64,000 bases of DNA from Bacteroidota bacterium (GTDB lineage Bacteria; Bacteroidota; Bacteroidia; Flavobacteriales; Flavobacteriaceae): positions 894-64,893 of the forward strand of contig JAJYSY010000006.1 of NCBI GenBank assembly GCA_021793375.1, read 5' to 3'. Positions 27,999 through 36,746 of this stretch are shown here, piece by piece. The stretch's first letter is position 1. Each line of letters opens with the position of its first letter. The translations under genes were made by a program, and so were the position numbers. The notes beneath the pieces are model-generated. The model was not told the origin of the DNA. It did not search any database and worked only from the letters and a program-made list of their open reading frames with translations.

Positions 27999-28164
27999 TT
28001 TAACACTGAATATTAGTCGATTAGGTGATTTTTTGCTAAATTTACAACAAATGAGAGGTTTATTCTCTCTTTTTTCTTTATAAGAAACAGTATTTTATTT
28101 CTTTTCGTTTAAAGTTTTTACTTTTTTAATACTGTTTTAAAGTTGTAATCAAAACATGTAGTAT

Positions 28165-28470
28165 ATGAAAGTTGATGAAATTTTTGAAATTAAGGATAAT
28201 GACTTTTTAAGACAATTTGAAGCTGAAGTTGAAGGGCAAACCATTATTTTAGAGTATTCTAATCAGCCTCGACAAATTTTCCTGACCAAATTAATTGTAA
28301 ATGAAGAATTGAAATCTCGAGGAATTGATCAATTATTTTTGAAATCTATTTTTGAGAAATTCACAGAAGAACGAAAAAGAATTGTTCCTACTTGCCCAGA
28401 AGTAGCTCGTTTTTTTAAAGCCCACAAAAAGGAATATAAAAAACTTCTTCCTGTCGGAATTAATTTATAA
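28165..28470 (+). CDS. Small GNAT-like N-acetyltransferase (YjdJ-type)
   Basis: 101 aa. RGIDQLF...VPTCPEVARFFKAHKKEYKKL resembles the C-terminal motif of short GNAT_acetyltran proteins. Confidence 0.6.
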   Translation: MKVDEIFEIKDNDFLRQFEAEVEGQTIILEYSNQPRQIFLTKLIVNEELKSRGIDQLFLKSIFEKFTEERKRIVPTCPEVARFFKAHKKEYKKLLPVGINL

Positions 28471-28520
28471 TTTTTATTATAAAATTTTCTTTTTTACGCA
28501 AATTCAAAATCTACTTTAAA

Positions 28521-28880
28521 ATGGCTAAACACAATGAATTAGGTAAAAAAGGAGAAGAGGAAGCTGCTGCTTTTTTACAGAAAAAGAATTATTTAATCTT
28601 GGAACGCAATTACAGGTTTCTAAAAGCTGAAATTGATATTATTGCGCAAAAAGAGGACACACTTGTAGCTGTTGAAGTAAAAACGCGCAGCACTTCTGAA
28701 TTTGGAAATCCACAAGATTTTGTAAAACCAAAAAAGATTAAATTAATGCTGAAAGCTTTTGATCATTATATCAACACAAATGATCTGGATGTTGAAGCAA
28801 GATTTGATATTATTGCTATTGTAAAAAATAAATTGGGAACGCGTATAGAGCATTTAGAAAACGCTTTTTTATATTTTTGA
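28521..28880 (+). CDS. YraN-family (UPF0102) endonuclease-like protein
   Basis: 119 aa. GKKGEEEAAAFLQKKNYLILERNYR...EIDIIA...LVAVEVKTR...RFDIIAI. Confidence 0.85.
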   Translation: MAKHNELGKKGEEEAAAFLQKKNYLILERNYRFLKAEIDIIAQKEDTLVAVEVKTRSTSEFGNPQDFVKPKKIKLMLKAFDHYINTNDLDVEARFDIIAIVKNKLGTRIEHLENAFLYF

Positions 28881-28941
28881 AAAATGAAAAAAATTGTGCA
28901 GAAAAAAAATACATTTTTTCAAAAAATAAAACTAATCTTTA

Positions 28942-29367
28942 ATGAAATGGAGTTATCTTTTTAAACATTGGATTTCCACCTTAATTTTAGCTCCTCTTCT
29001 CTATTTTATCTATGTATGGATTTCAGAAAACTTGAGTTTTTTTACACTCTTTTCTTCTTATCACACTGATTTTTTATTATTTATAATTTTAGGAATTTAT
29101 TATTCTATTCCTACCACTGTAATTTATGTAATAATTTTTTATGTGCTTTTTAAAAGAAAAATCCCTGTCAGAATTGCCAAATCAATTTTGATTATAACAA
29201 CGCTAATAGGGATTTTATGGACTTTTTATTTTCTTTTGGAGGATTTTATTTTCAATATAGAATCCTCTGTTTTTGTTTTACAAATCAGTTATATTTTAGT
29301 TGCTTTAGGAACAGGTTTGTTCTACTCTTATTCGAAAAATATCATTGAAAAAACTGATGATAAGTAG
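28942..29367 (+). CDS. Integral membrane protein, unknown function
   Basis: 141 aa with four hydrophobic segments and no recognisable motif. The 3' end overlaps the convergent gene by 26 nt. Confidence 0.5.
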   Translation: MKWSYLFKHWISTLILAPLLYFIYVWISENLSFFTLFSSYHTDFLLFIILGIYYSIPTTVIYVIIFYVLFKRKIPVRIAKSILIITTLIGILWTFYFLLEDFIFNIESSVFVLQISYILVALGTGLFYSYSKNIIEKTDDK

Positions 29368-29788
29368 CATAAGATTTATCTATTTTTTCAATAATTTGAT
29401 CAGCATCCCCAGGCTTTTCTGCCTTTCCTAATTCAGCTACTAATTCCAAATGTGGATGCAGCCATTTGTGTAATTCATCATGACTTTTTCCTGTCATTGT
29501 GCAACTTTTAATCAATTGATTATTATGTTCCGTCAGTTGAGCCGCCAATGATTTATAATCTCCTTTTTTTTCTTTTATATATTTCTCTACTCTTTCTTCT
29601 CCGGCTTTCACAAAAGGTTTCATCTCTTCATTAACAAACCATTTTTGTCCATCATTAAGTTCTAAATCTTCTTCACTTTCTACATATTCATGTGTTGTTT
29701 CTGTAGATTTTTCTGAAGTCGAAGTTTTATCATTTTTACAAGCTGTTAAACTTATTAAAAGCAAAAATATCCAAACTGTATTTTTCAT
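29342..29788 (-). CDS. Lipoprotein, unknown function (His-rich helical)
   Basis: 148 aa. Signal peptide / lipobox LISLTAC. Contains a SHDELHKWLHPHLE motif. Confidence 0.6.
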   Translation of the reverse strand: MKNTVWIFLLLISLTACKNDKTSTSEKSTETTHEYVESEEDLELNDGQKWFVNEEMKPFVKAGEERVEKYIKEKKGDYKSLAAQLTEHNNQLIKSCTMTGKSHDELHKWLHPHLELVAELGKAEKPGDADQIIEKIDKSYATYHQFFQ

Positions 29789-29802
29789 ATTTTCTTAAGG
29801 TT

Positions 29803-30294
29803 TTAATTCGGTTCATCGACACTTGGTCCATAAATAGATGGAACAGGAATATTTAATAATCGTAAATAAACACTCAACTGCCCACGATGATGATAAGCGT
29901 GACTTAAAGCCATTGTTCTTATGATTTCTCTTTTAGGAGAATCCATTATCACAAAATCGCCGTTGCGCATAATCCAATTTTTGTCAAGCTCCTCTTCTTT
30001 TGCAGTTTGTAAAGCTGCTATGGATTTTTGTTTTAGTTTTTTATAAAAATCCACCAGTTCTTTTGTAGTGTTGATTTCAATTGTTTTTTTCGTTTTTGAA
30101 AAATCTAATTCCGGAGTGGTTATCACCAAAGAAGTCAACCCGCTTATTTCGGCAAGATGAATTGCCAAAGCTTTTAAAGTCATAGATTTTTCATGAGGTT
30201 TCCAGTCAAATTTATCTTCAGGAATACGTTCCAACACTTTTTGTGTGCTAATGGATTCTTGTTCAATTTCTTTAATCAAAGATTTTATACTCAT
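29803..30294 (-). CDS. DinB-family protein
   Basis: 163 aa. Four-helix DinB pattern with a His triad (HLAEI ... HAYHHRGQLSVYLRL). Confidence 0.8.
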   Translation of the reverse strand: MSIKSLIKEIEQESISTQKVLERIPEDKFDWKPHEKSMTLKALAIHLAEISGLTSLVITTPELDFSKTKKTIEINTTKELVDFYKKLKQKSIAALQTAKEEELDKNWIMRNGDFVIMDSPKREIIRTMALSHAYHHRGQLSVYLRLLNIPVPSIYGPSVDEPN

Positions 30295-30322
30295 AATTGT
30301 AATTTAAATTATGCTTGTAAAT

Positions 30323-31084
30323 TTAATCAAATTTCAACATCGAGTTTAATAAGTTATCTATATAATTTTTCTTTTGTCTTGAGATAGGAATTTCTACTCC
30401 ATCCAACATATAAATTGTTCCTCCTCCTTGTCTGTTGATAGTTTTTACGTGTCTTGCACTTATCAAATGAGATTGGTGAACTCTAAAAAATGATTTTGTA
30501 GGCAAAATTCGCTCTACTTCTTTTAAAGTTCTACATACCAAAGCTTTGCTGCCATCTTTAAACACAAAAGAGGTATAGTTATTTTCTGATTGACAACGAA
30601 CAATTTCCTCTATTTTCATGATTTCATATCCTGTCCCTGTTGGCAATGCTATTTTTCCTGGAATTGTCGTGTTTTCTTCTTCTACTACTTTTTTGAGGAG
30701 CGACCATTGTTCTGCATTAACTTTTCTTATTCTTTGTTCCCAAGAAAGCATAACTTGTACGAGAGCTTTTTCTGTAATAGGTTTTAACAAATAATGGAAC
30801 GCACTGTATTCAAAAGCTCTAATTGCATATTGATCATAAGCAGTTGTAAAAATCACATCGAATTCAATGGGAGAAATTTTATCTAAAAGCTTAAATCCAT
30901 TTAATTTAGGCATTTGGATATCAAGGAAAAGTAAATCTATTTCATTGTTTTCAATGAATTCTAAAGCTTCAAAAGGATCATTAAACACTCCGGATATTTG
31001 GTAATTTCTTCGCATTCTTTCAATTAAAGTCTGCAAAATATCTGTACAGTGTTTTTCATCATCAAGTATTACTATTTTTATCAT
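30323..31084 (-). CDS. LytR/AlgR-family response regulator (REC + LytTR DNA-binding domain)
   Basis: 253 aa. REC domain (IVILDDE...DLLFLDIQMPKLNG...TAYDQYA) and LytTR domain (FFRVHQSHLISARHV). Overlaps the kinase gene by 4 nt. Confidence 0.92.
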   Translation of the reverse strand: MIKIVILDDEKHCTDILQTLIERMRRNYQISGVFNDPFEALEFIENNEIDLLFLDIQMPKLNGFKLLDKISPIEFDVIFTTAYDQYAIRAFEYSAFHYLLKPITEKALVQVMLSWEQRIRKVNAEQWSLLKKVVEEENTTIPGKIALPTGTGYEIMKIEEIVRCQSENNYTSFVFKDGSKALVCRTLKEVERILPTKSFFRVHQSHLISARHVKTINRQGGGTIYMLDGVEIPISRQKKNYIDNLLNSMLKFD

Positions 31085-33123
31085 TTCTGAGCGATTTTAT
31101 AAGTAAAGGTAACCAAAGTTCCTGAGGGAGCGTTATTTTCCTCAAGATCAATTATATCCATTTTTATTTTTGTTTCTTGAAAGTGATTAAACAAAGCCAA
31201 TCTGTCTCTCAATATTTTTAATCCTAAAGATTGATGAATTTCAAAGTCTTCTGATTCTTTTTCTGAAGATTTTGACCTGCCAATTCCATTATCACGAATA
31301 GAAATTACTAAAGTATCTTGAATTTCAAAGCTGATAATTAGTTCTTTTTTTTCTTTAGCACTCGGAATCAGTCCATGCCAAATTGCATTTTCAACTATAG
31401 GCTGCAACAGCAAACTCGGAATAGCATACATGGACAATTCTTCGTTTTTTTCTACTTTTATTTCAAAAGAATATTCATCTCCCAATCTTATTTTTTCCAT
31501 AGAAAGATAGAGTTTTAAAACCTCTAATTCTTCTTCTACAGTGATAGCATCATATTTAGAATTTTGCAATACACTTCTTAATAAAATAGAAAAATTATCT
31601 AAATAATGCATCGCATCTTCCAAGCTTTCTTTCATAATTAAATGCTTTATAGCATTCATGCTGTTAAAAAGAAAATGCGGATTCATCTGCGATCTTAAAG
31701 CCATGGTTTCCATCTCTTTAAGCTTTTGATCAAACTCTCTTTGTAATTCTAATTTTCTTTGTTTTTCTATGTCTAAATAAACTTGTAATAATTCTTCTGT
31801 TTTTTCATTTACTTTTTTGTCCAACTCTTCATTCATCTCTTGTTGGATTTTTTCATTTTCCTTTAATTGTTCGATATAAGCTCTAACAGTGTCTCTTCTT
31901 TCTTTTTGAATCAACCTCACCCGAAGAGATAAAGCAAATGAAAAACAAATCACCTCTCCTAAAAGTCCGGCTTGAAATACCATATCTGCACTATTTTCAA
32001 AATAAAATATGCTTTCAGGATTTGTTTTAAGTCCTGTAAATGCGATGTAAACCGCAATTAAAGCCCCCACAAAGAAAAATAGATGTGCGATAACAAAATA
32101 ATTTATAAGCTTGTGTTTTACCTTAAATAAAATCCAAATGATAAGCGCTAAATTTATCGGCATCACAACAATTCTGCTAATTACAAATGTCAAAGACTTA
32201 GCTCTTAAATCTATGTCATTGAGATAAAAAATAAATACTCCTATTGCATATAAAAAACAAAGCCAAGCAAAAATTCTTACTATCTTCCCCAACACACTTA
32301 TTTTACTTATATCTAACAGTTTATAAATAAAAAACACATAAAATCCAATAAAAATAAACTGCACTGTTTCTGTTAAAAGAATAGACATTTCAGGATAATA
32401 CCTGGCGATATTAATAAATTCCAACGGGTGTTCCGGATAAGCAATTAGGGAATATAATAATTGAAAAAACAGATAAAACATATAATAGAAATACACTGTT
32501 TCTCTATTAAATACATACATCATTCCAATAAAGATGAACACCATGGAAAGTCCGGCAAAATAAATCAGAGAAAAAATTGCAGCTGGTCTGTTATATTCTT
32601 CTTGTTTGTAAGCAGTTTCATAAAAAAATGCTTTTGTTCCTATTCCGGTTTTCTGATTTGACAAGCTTAATCTTCCTTCTTGAATCCGAACATAGATAGT
32701 AGTTTCTTCATAAGGTTTTATTTGAATAGGAATAAAATCAGCAGTTCTTCTTTCTGTTCTATCTTTTAATGGAGTGAGATATCCTCCGTTATTTTCTCTC
32801 CATTTATCTTCTATTTTTTGATAATAGGAGAAATAAGCCATTTCACTATATATATAATAGGTTTCATTATAGTTGTCTGTATTCATCAAACTAAATTTCA
32901 ACCATATTACTTTTTCATAAGTTGCACGATCTTTAGAGGAGTAAGAAGATTTAAAATCTATCTTTTTTACTTCTTCAAATGTTTTATTTTTATCTGTATA
33001 TAATAATCGTACTCCTGACTCTTGAGTCAATTCTTTAAGAGTCATATCCCGACTCAAGTGGATTTGTCCAAAGAGAAATATCGGACAAAACAATAGAAGT
33101 ATTACAAATATTAAGTTTTTCAT
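31081..33123 (-). CDS. Sensor histidine kinase: 7TMR-DISM extracellular domain + 7TM + LytS/YehU-type His_kinase/HATPase
   Basis: ATG 33123 (MKNLIFVILLLF signal) is preferred over GTG 33129. About 180-aa periplasmic domain, seven TM helices, a coiled coil, then QMNPHFLFNSMN (H-box) and an N-box IVENAIWHG. Confidence 0.9.
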   Translation of the reverse strand: MKNLIFVILLLFCPIFLFGQIHLSRDMTLKELTQESGVRLLYTDKNKTFEEVKKIDFKSSYSSKDRATYEKVIWLKFSLMNTDNYNETYYIYSEMAYFSYYQKIEDKWRENNGGYLTPLKDRTERRTADFIPIQIKPYEETTIYVRIQEGRLSLSNQKTGIGTKAFFYETAYKQEEYNRPAAIFSLIYFAGLSMVFIFIGMMYVFNRETVYFYYMFYLFFQLLYSLIAYPEHPLEFINIARYYPEMSILLTETVQFIFIGFYVFFIYKLLDISKISVLGKIVRIFAWLCFLYAIGVFIFYLNDIDLRAKSLTFVISRIVVMPINLALIIWILFKVKHKLINYFVIAHLFFFVGALIAVYIAFTGLKTNPESIFYFENSADMVFQAGLLGEVICFSFALSLRVRLIQKERRDTVRAYIEQLKENEKIQQEMNEELDKKVNEKTEELLQVYLDIEKQRKLELQREFDQKLKEMETMALRSQMNPHFLFNSMNAIKHLIMKESLEDAMHYLDNFSILLRSVLQNSKYDAITVEEELEVLKLYLSMEKIRLGDEYSFEIKVEKNEELSMYAIPSLLLQPIVENAIWHGLIPSAKEKKELIISFEIQDTLVISIRDNGIGRSKSSEKESEDFEIHQSLGLKILRDRLALFNHFQETKIKMDIIDLEENNAPSGTLVTFTYKIAQK

Positions 33124-33166
33124 GAGCACTAATTTAACTTACTCTCTTCAATTTTCCCATCCTAAC

Positions 33167-33217
33167 TTAGTATTTAGCCATGTTTCTTTAGTATTTGGTA
33201 GTATTTAATTAGTATTC
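33167..33217 (-). promoter_or_regulatory. Direct-repeat operator set A: AAATACTAA-type units facing the kinase/regulator operon
   Basis: The plus strand shows TTAGTATTT at 33167 and 33188 and TTAGTATTC at 33209 (exact 21-bp period), plus gTAGTATTT at 33198. On the minus strand these read (A/G)AATACTAA. The set lies 44-94 bp upstream of ATG 33123. Confidence 0.5.
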
Positions 33218-33331
33218 GGTTTTTTAATAACGAAAAAAATAAAGATTAAATTCTATTTCTAATAAAATATTTCCCTTCCTGTTCTCCTTGCATTTATCTT
33301 AATTTAGGATCTTAACTTTTATAAGGTTTGT

Positions 33332-33394
33332 CAAATTCTAAGTCATTTCTACCAAATTCTAAGTCAAACCTACCGTTTACTAAGTGTCTATTGT
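33332..33394 (+). promoter_or_regulatory. Direct-repeat operator set B: 21-bp tandem unit CAAATTCTAAGTCAnnnCTAC x2 plus a degenerate third unit
   Basis: CAAATTCTAAGTCA at 33332-33345 and 33353-33366. The third unit CgtttaCTAAGTgt at 33374-33387 keeps CTAAGT in phase. The core AAATTCTAA is the reverse orientation of set A (8/9 match to AAATACTAA). Confidence 0.55.
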
Positions 33395-33413
33395 CTCAAA
33401 TGAACTTTCGTTC

Positions 33414-33421
33414 TACATTTG
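33414..33421 (+). promoter_or_regulatory. -7 promoter box for the 33439 gene
   Basis: tacatttg (TAnnTTTG) lies 18 nt upstream of ATG 33439 and about 30 bp downstream of repeat set B. Confidence 0.45.
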
Positions 33422-33438
33422 GATAAAATTCAAAAGCT

Positions 33439-34299
33439 ATGAAACGTTTATTTCAACTATTGACACTATGTTTTGGCTTGTTGATTTATTCTCCAAGTCA
33501 GGCGCAGTTTTTCAAAAAGCTTAACGAAAAGGTGCAAGATGCTGCCGAGAATAAAGTATTAGATAAATCTGCTAACAAGACTTCTAAAACAGTAGATAAA
33601 GGAATGGATGATATTTTTTCTGTAGGAAAAAATAAGAAGAAAAAAGAGAAGAAGGCCACACAGTCTTCTAACACTTCTTCTTCCTCTGCTGCCACAGAAA
33701 GTCCTCGAGAAAGCTATTTGTTTTCTTACTTATATGTAATGCAAGTAAAAACACCTCAAACAAATGTAGATGCTGAGATGGATTTCTTCTTAACTCCCGG
33801 AGCAGATTATGTAGGAATGAGAGTAGAACAGCAAGGAAGCCAGGTTTTTATGGTAATGGATTACCCTAAATCTACAAACTTTAACTTTATTTCATCTCCA
33901 TCCGGAGAAAATATAATGATGGTTAATCCTTTAAACCTTTCTGATAATACAAGTTCAACTCCACAGTCTAACTTTAAAATCTCTGATTTACCAAATAAAA
34001 ATATTTTGGGATATAACTGTAAAGGAAAACAATTGGAAGATGAAGAGTGGAGTGTGAAGTTTTATTACACAGATGAAGTTCCGATTAGTATGGATAACAT
34101 TTTTAGAGCAGACACCAAAGATGAACAAGTTGATGCTGCTTTAAAAAAGCAATTATCAGATATGAGTAATGGTTTAATCATGCAAATGGAAGCAGAAAAC
34201 AAACAAAATAAAAATGAAAATTATATAATGGAGGCTAAAAGCTTAGAACGTGTAGATCATAATTTTAAAACTGCCGGTTTTAAAGCAATGTCTTATTAA
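33439..34299 (+). CDS. Secreted protein, DUF4412-like
   Basis: 286 aa. Signal peptide ending SPSQAQ, a Lys/Ser-rich low-complexity segment, then a beta-rich domain with ILGYNCKGK, remembered from DUF4412 proteins. Confidence 0.55.
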   Translation: MKRLFQLLTLCFGLLIYSPSQAQFFKKLNEKVQDAAENKVLDKSANKTSKTVDKGMDDIFSVGKNKKKKEKKATQSSNTSSSSAATESPRESYLFSYLYVMQVKTPQTNVDAEMDFFLTPGADYVGMRVEQQGSQVFMVMDYPKSTNFNFISSPSGENIMMVNPLNLSDNTSSTPQSNFKISDLPNKNILGYNCKGKQLEDEEWSVKFYYTDEVPISMDNIFRADTKDEQVDAALKKQLSDMSNGLIMQMEAENKQNKNENYIMEAKSLERVDHNFKTAGFKAMSY

Positions 34300-34624
34300 A
34301 AAAACAAAAGCAGCCAAATCCAACAATTCTGTTTTATTACATTTAAGGATTGAAAGATAAAAATGGGTTAGCAAACAACAATGTTGGAAAGTGATACCAA
34401 TCCTGGGGTGGATTATTTGTTTTCTTGGTTCACTAAAAAGGCTGCTTTTTTAAAAAAACTTAAACTATATAAAAATACCTATAGATTGTGTTTTGTCTAT
34501 AAAGCTAACTACCAATCTATTTTTAAAAACAAAACCAAAGCAAGTTGATTTTCAAGTAAACTATCCAATAATCAACACTCTATAGGTTTTTTTTATAAAA
34601 ACAATAACTTTAAATATTTTAACT

Positions 34625-35212
34625 ATGAAAAAACAAATTATTTTTATTATTTTTTTGGCGGTTTCTTTTATTACAACGAATAATATTCGTGCTCAAGAAG
34701 AAATGCAATTTGGTGCTAAAGCTGGTTTAAACTTTGCTTCTGTAAGTGGAAGTAATTATGGAGGAAACAGTTTTGGAAATCGAACAGCTTTTCATATTGG
34801 TGGTTTTGTTGAAATTCCCATGTTCGAAGATTTTACAATTCAACCAGAATTATTGTTTTCTTCAGAAGGAGCTGGATTAAGCGTAGGTTTAGTAAGTGTT
34901 GGAAGCGATTTAAAGTTAAACTATGTAAGAGTTCCTGTAATGGCCAAATATTATTTTCTTGAAGGATTAAGTGCTGAATTAGGTCCTGTTTTAGGAGTCT
35001 TAGTTTCAGCTAATGATAATTATAAAGATGTTTTAAATACATTTGATGCTCAATTAGGAATTGGAGCTTCTTACAAATTTGATTTTGGTCTATCTGCCGG
35101 TTTACGTTATAATATAGGTATAACCAACATTTATGACTCCTCTGAATTTTCAGGATCTGCTCCAAGTTCAAAGAGTAATGTTTTTCAAATTACAGCAGGA
35201 TATACTTTTTAA
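34625..35212 (+). CDS. Small outer-membrane beta-barrel (porin-family / OmpW-like) protein
   Basis: 195 aa. Signal peptide, alternating-hydrophobic beta strands, and a C-terminal aromatic residue (FQITAGYTF). Confidence 0.8.
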   Translation: MKKQIIFIIFLAVSFITTNNIRAQEEMQFGAKAGLNFASVSGSNYGGNSFGNRTAFHIGGFVEIPMFEDFTIQPELLFSSEGAGLSVGLVSVGSDLKLNYVRVPVMAKYYFLEGLSAELGPVLGVLVSANDNYKDVLNTFDAQLGIGASYKFDFGLSAGLRYNIGITNIYDSSEFSGSAPSSKSNVFQITAGYTF

Positions 35213-35393
35213 TTTACTAAAAGAGGTTTGAGGTTCTGAATTCAATGTAGGAATAACCTACAAGTTTTAAGATCCCTTTTCTTTTATCAATCAACATAAC
35301 GCCTAATATACTTTTTGCTTTTTTGTCGTGGCTAATTATACTTGATTGAATATTTTGAAGACAGAATCTCTTCTCTTTTATTTTTTCATTTCT

Positions 35394-35424
35394 AAAAACA
35401 GGGCTTTTCTTGCTCTGTTTTTTT
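35394..35424 (+). terminator. Orphan intrinsic terminator inside the long intergenic region
   Basis: Stem acagggc (35398-35404) / gctctgt (35412-35418) with one G-U pair, a 7-nt loop, then a T6-7 run. It lies 186 bp past the porin gene stop. Confidence 0.55.
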
Positions 35425-35655
35425 ATTAGGAAGGTTTTTATCAGCTTATCTTAATCTTTTCTCCTATTTACAACATATCTATTTTAAAGGCTTTATAAGA
35501 AATGCTTTTTTATTTTTATTAGAAAACTACCTCCTCTATTTCCAAATAATTTCCGTATATTTATATCTACTGAATACAGTAAAAAAACCGACAAAACTCA
35601 AATATTTCAGAACTAAACATTTAAATTTTCATAACCCCTAAAACTTATACTATAT

Positions 35656-36729
35656 ATGAAAAAGACCTTAGAGAAACTAAGTAAAATTAAAGCGCCGGTT
35701 TGTGTTACTTTAGTTTTAAGAACACACCGTGTTCATCCTGAAAATGAAAAAGATGTCATTGCTTTAAAAAATATGATTGCAGAAACCAATCAGAGACTAC
35801 AAAAAGAATATGGTGATGAAATTGCAAAAAAATATACTGAAAAACTTCAAAAATTAGCCGAACAAATTGATTATCGCCACAACAAAGAAGGATTGATGTT
35901 ATTTGTAAATGATGATATCGCAGAGTTTTTAAGATTACCTATTAAATTGCACGATCGTATTATTTTAGATGATACTTTTACTACTCGCCCAATTGTTAGA
36001 GCTTTACACAGAAGCTCGGAATATTATATTCTTACTTTGAGTAAAGGAAAAGCCAGATTCTTTAAAGCAGATAGCAATAAACTGGTAAAAGAATTTGACA
36101 CCGGTGGTTTCCCGGTTGAAGACAAAACACTACTCGGTCTTATGAAAGCAGAATCTTCTAAAGCTTCGAGAGTAACAAACCTAACGCAAGATTTCTTTAA
36201 TCGTGTAGATAAAATGGTGAACAATATCAGAAGAAAAGATCCTTTTAGTGTGCTTGTTTATTCTGAAGAAAACAACTACCACGATTATATGAAAGTAGCC
36301 GATAATCCCAATACTATTTTAGGGCATGTGTTATTAAAAGCTTTTGATGAAAAAGCTGAAAATTTAGTGAAATATGTTTGGCCGCATGTAGAAGATTTAG
36401 TTTTAGCTAAAAATCGTTCCAGAATCGCTGAATTAAAGAAAGCAATTAGTTCCGGAAAGTATTTAGGCGACTTAAATGATATTTGGGAAGCTGTTCAAAA
36501 AGGAAGAGGAAGAACTATTTTTGTTGAAGAAGGATATTTCCAACCGGTGAAAAATGAAAATGGAGTGTTAACACCAATTACTTCTGAAGAAATCAAAGAT
36601 AAAAATGACATCAATGATGTTGTAGATGATATGATTGAATACAATCTTCAATTTGGCGGAGATGTAGTTTTCTTAGAAAAAGGAAGTTTAGACAATTTCA
36701 ATAAAATTGCTTTAGTAACACGTTATTAA
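35656..36729 (+). CDS. Hypothetical protein resembling the bacterial archaeo-eukaryotic release factor (baeRF, eRF1-fold) families
   Basis: 357 aa, soluble. The N-terminal pattern APVCVTLVLRTHRVHPENEKDVIALKNMIAETNQRL matches the remembered baeRF signature (..vSiylPTHR.g.e...d.IrlKNll.eae..L). There is no GGQ motif. Confidence 0.45.
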   Translation: MKKTLEKLSKIKAPVCVTLVLRTHRVHPENEKDVIALKNMIAETNQRLQKEYGDEIAKKYTEKLQKLAEQIDYRHNKEGLMLFVNDDIAEFLRLPIKLHDRIILDDTFTTRPIVRALHRSSEYYILTLSKGKARFFKADSNKLVKEFDTGGFPVEDKTLLGLMKAESSKASRVTNLTQDFFNRVDKMVNNIRRKDPFSVLVYSEENNYHDYMKVADNPNTILGHVLLKAFDEKAENLVKYVWPHVEDLVLAKNRSRIAELKKAISSGKYLGDLNDIWEAVQKGRGRTIFVEEGYFQPVKNENGVLTPITSEEIKDKNDINDVVDDMIEYNLQFGGDVVFLEKGSLDNFNKIALVTRY

Positions 36730-36746
36730 TCATTTTTTTTAGAATT

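Noticed and set aside
28165..28880. GNAT-like + YraN pair as a toxin-antitoxin or defence module
   Set aside because: Both are widespread housekeeping-type small proteins. They are separated by a 50-nt gap with no overlap, and neither has toxin-like motifs.
33332..33394. The 21-bp tandem repeat as a CRISPR array or minisatellite
   Set aside because: It has fewer than 3 copies, the units are contiguous with no spacers, it sits in a promoter region, and no cas genes are present. It is better explained as regulator binding sites.
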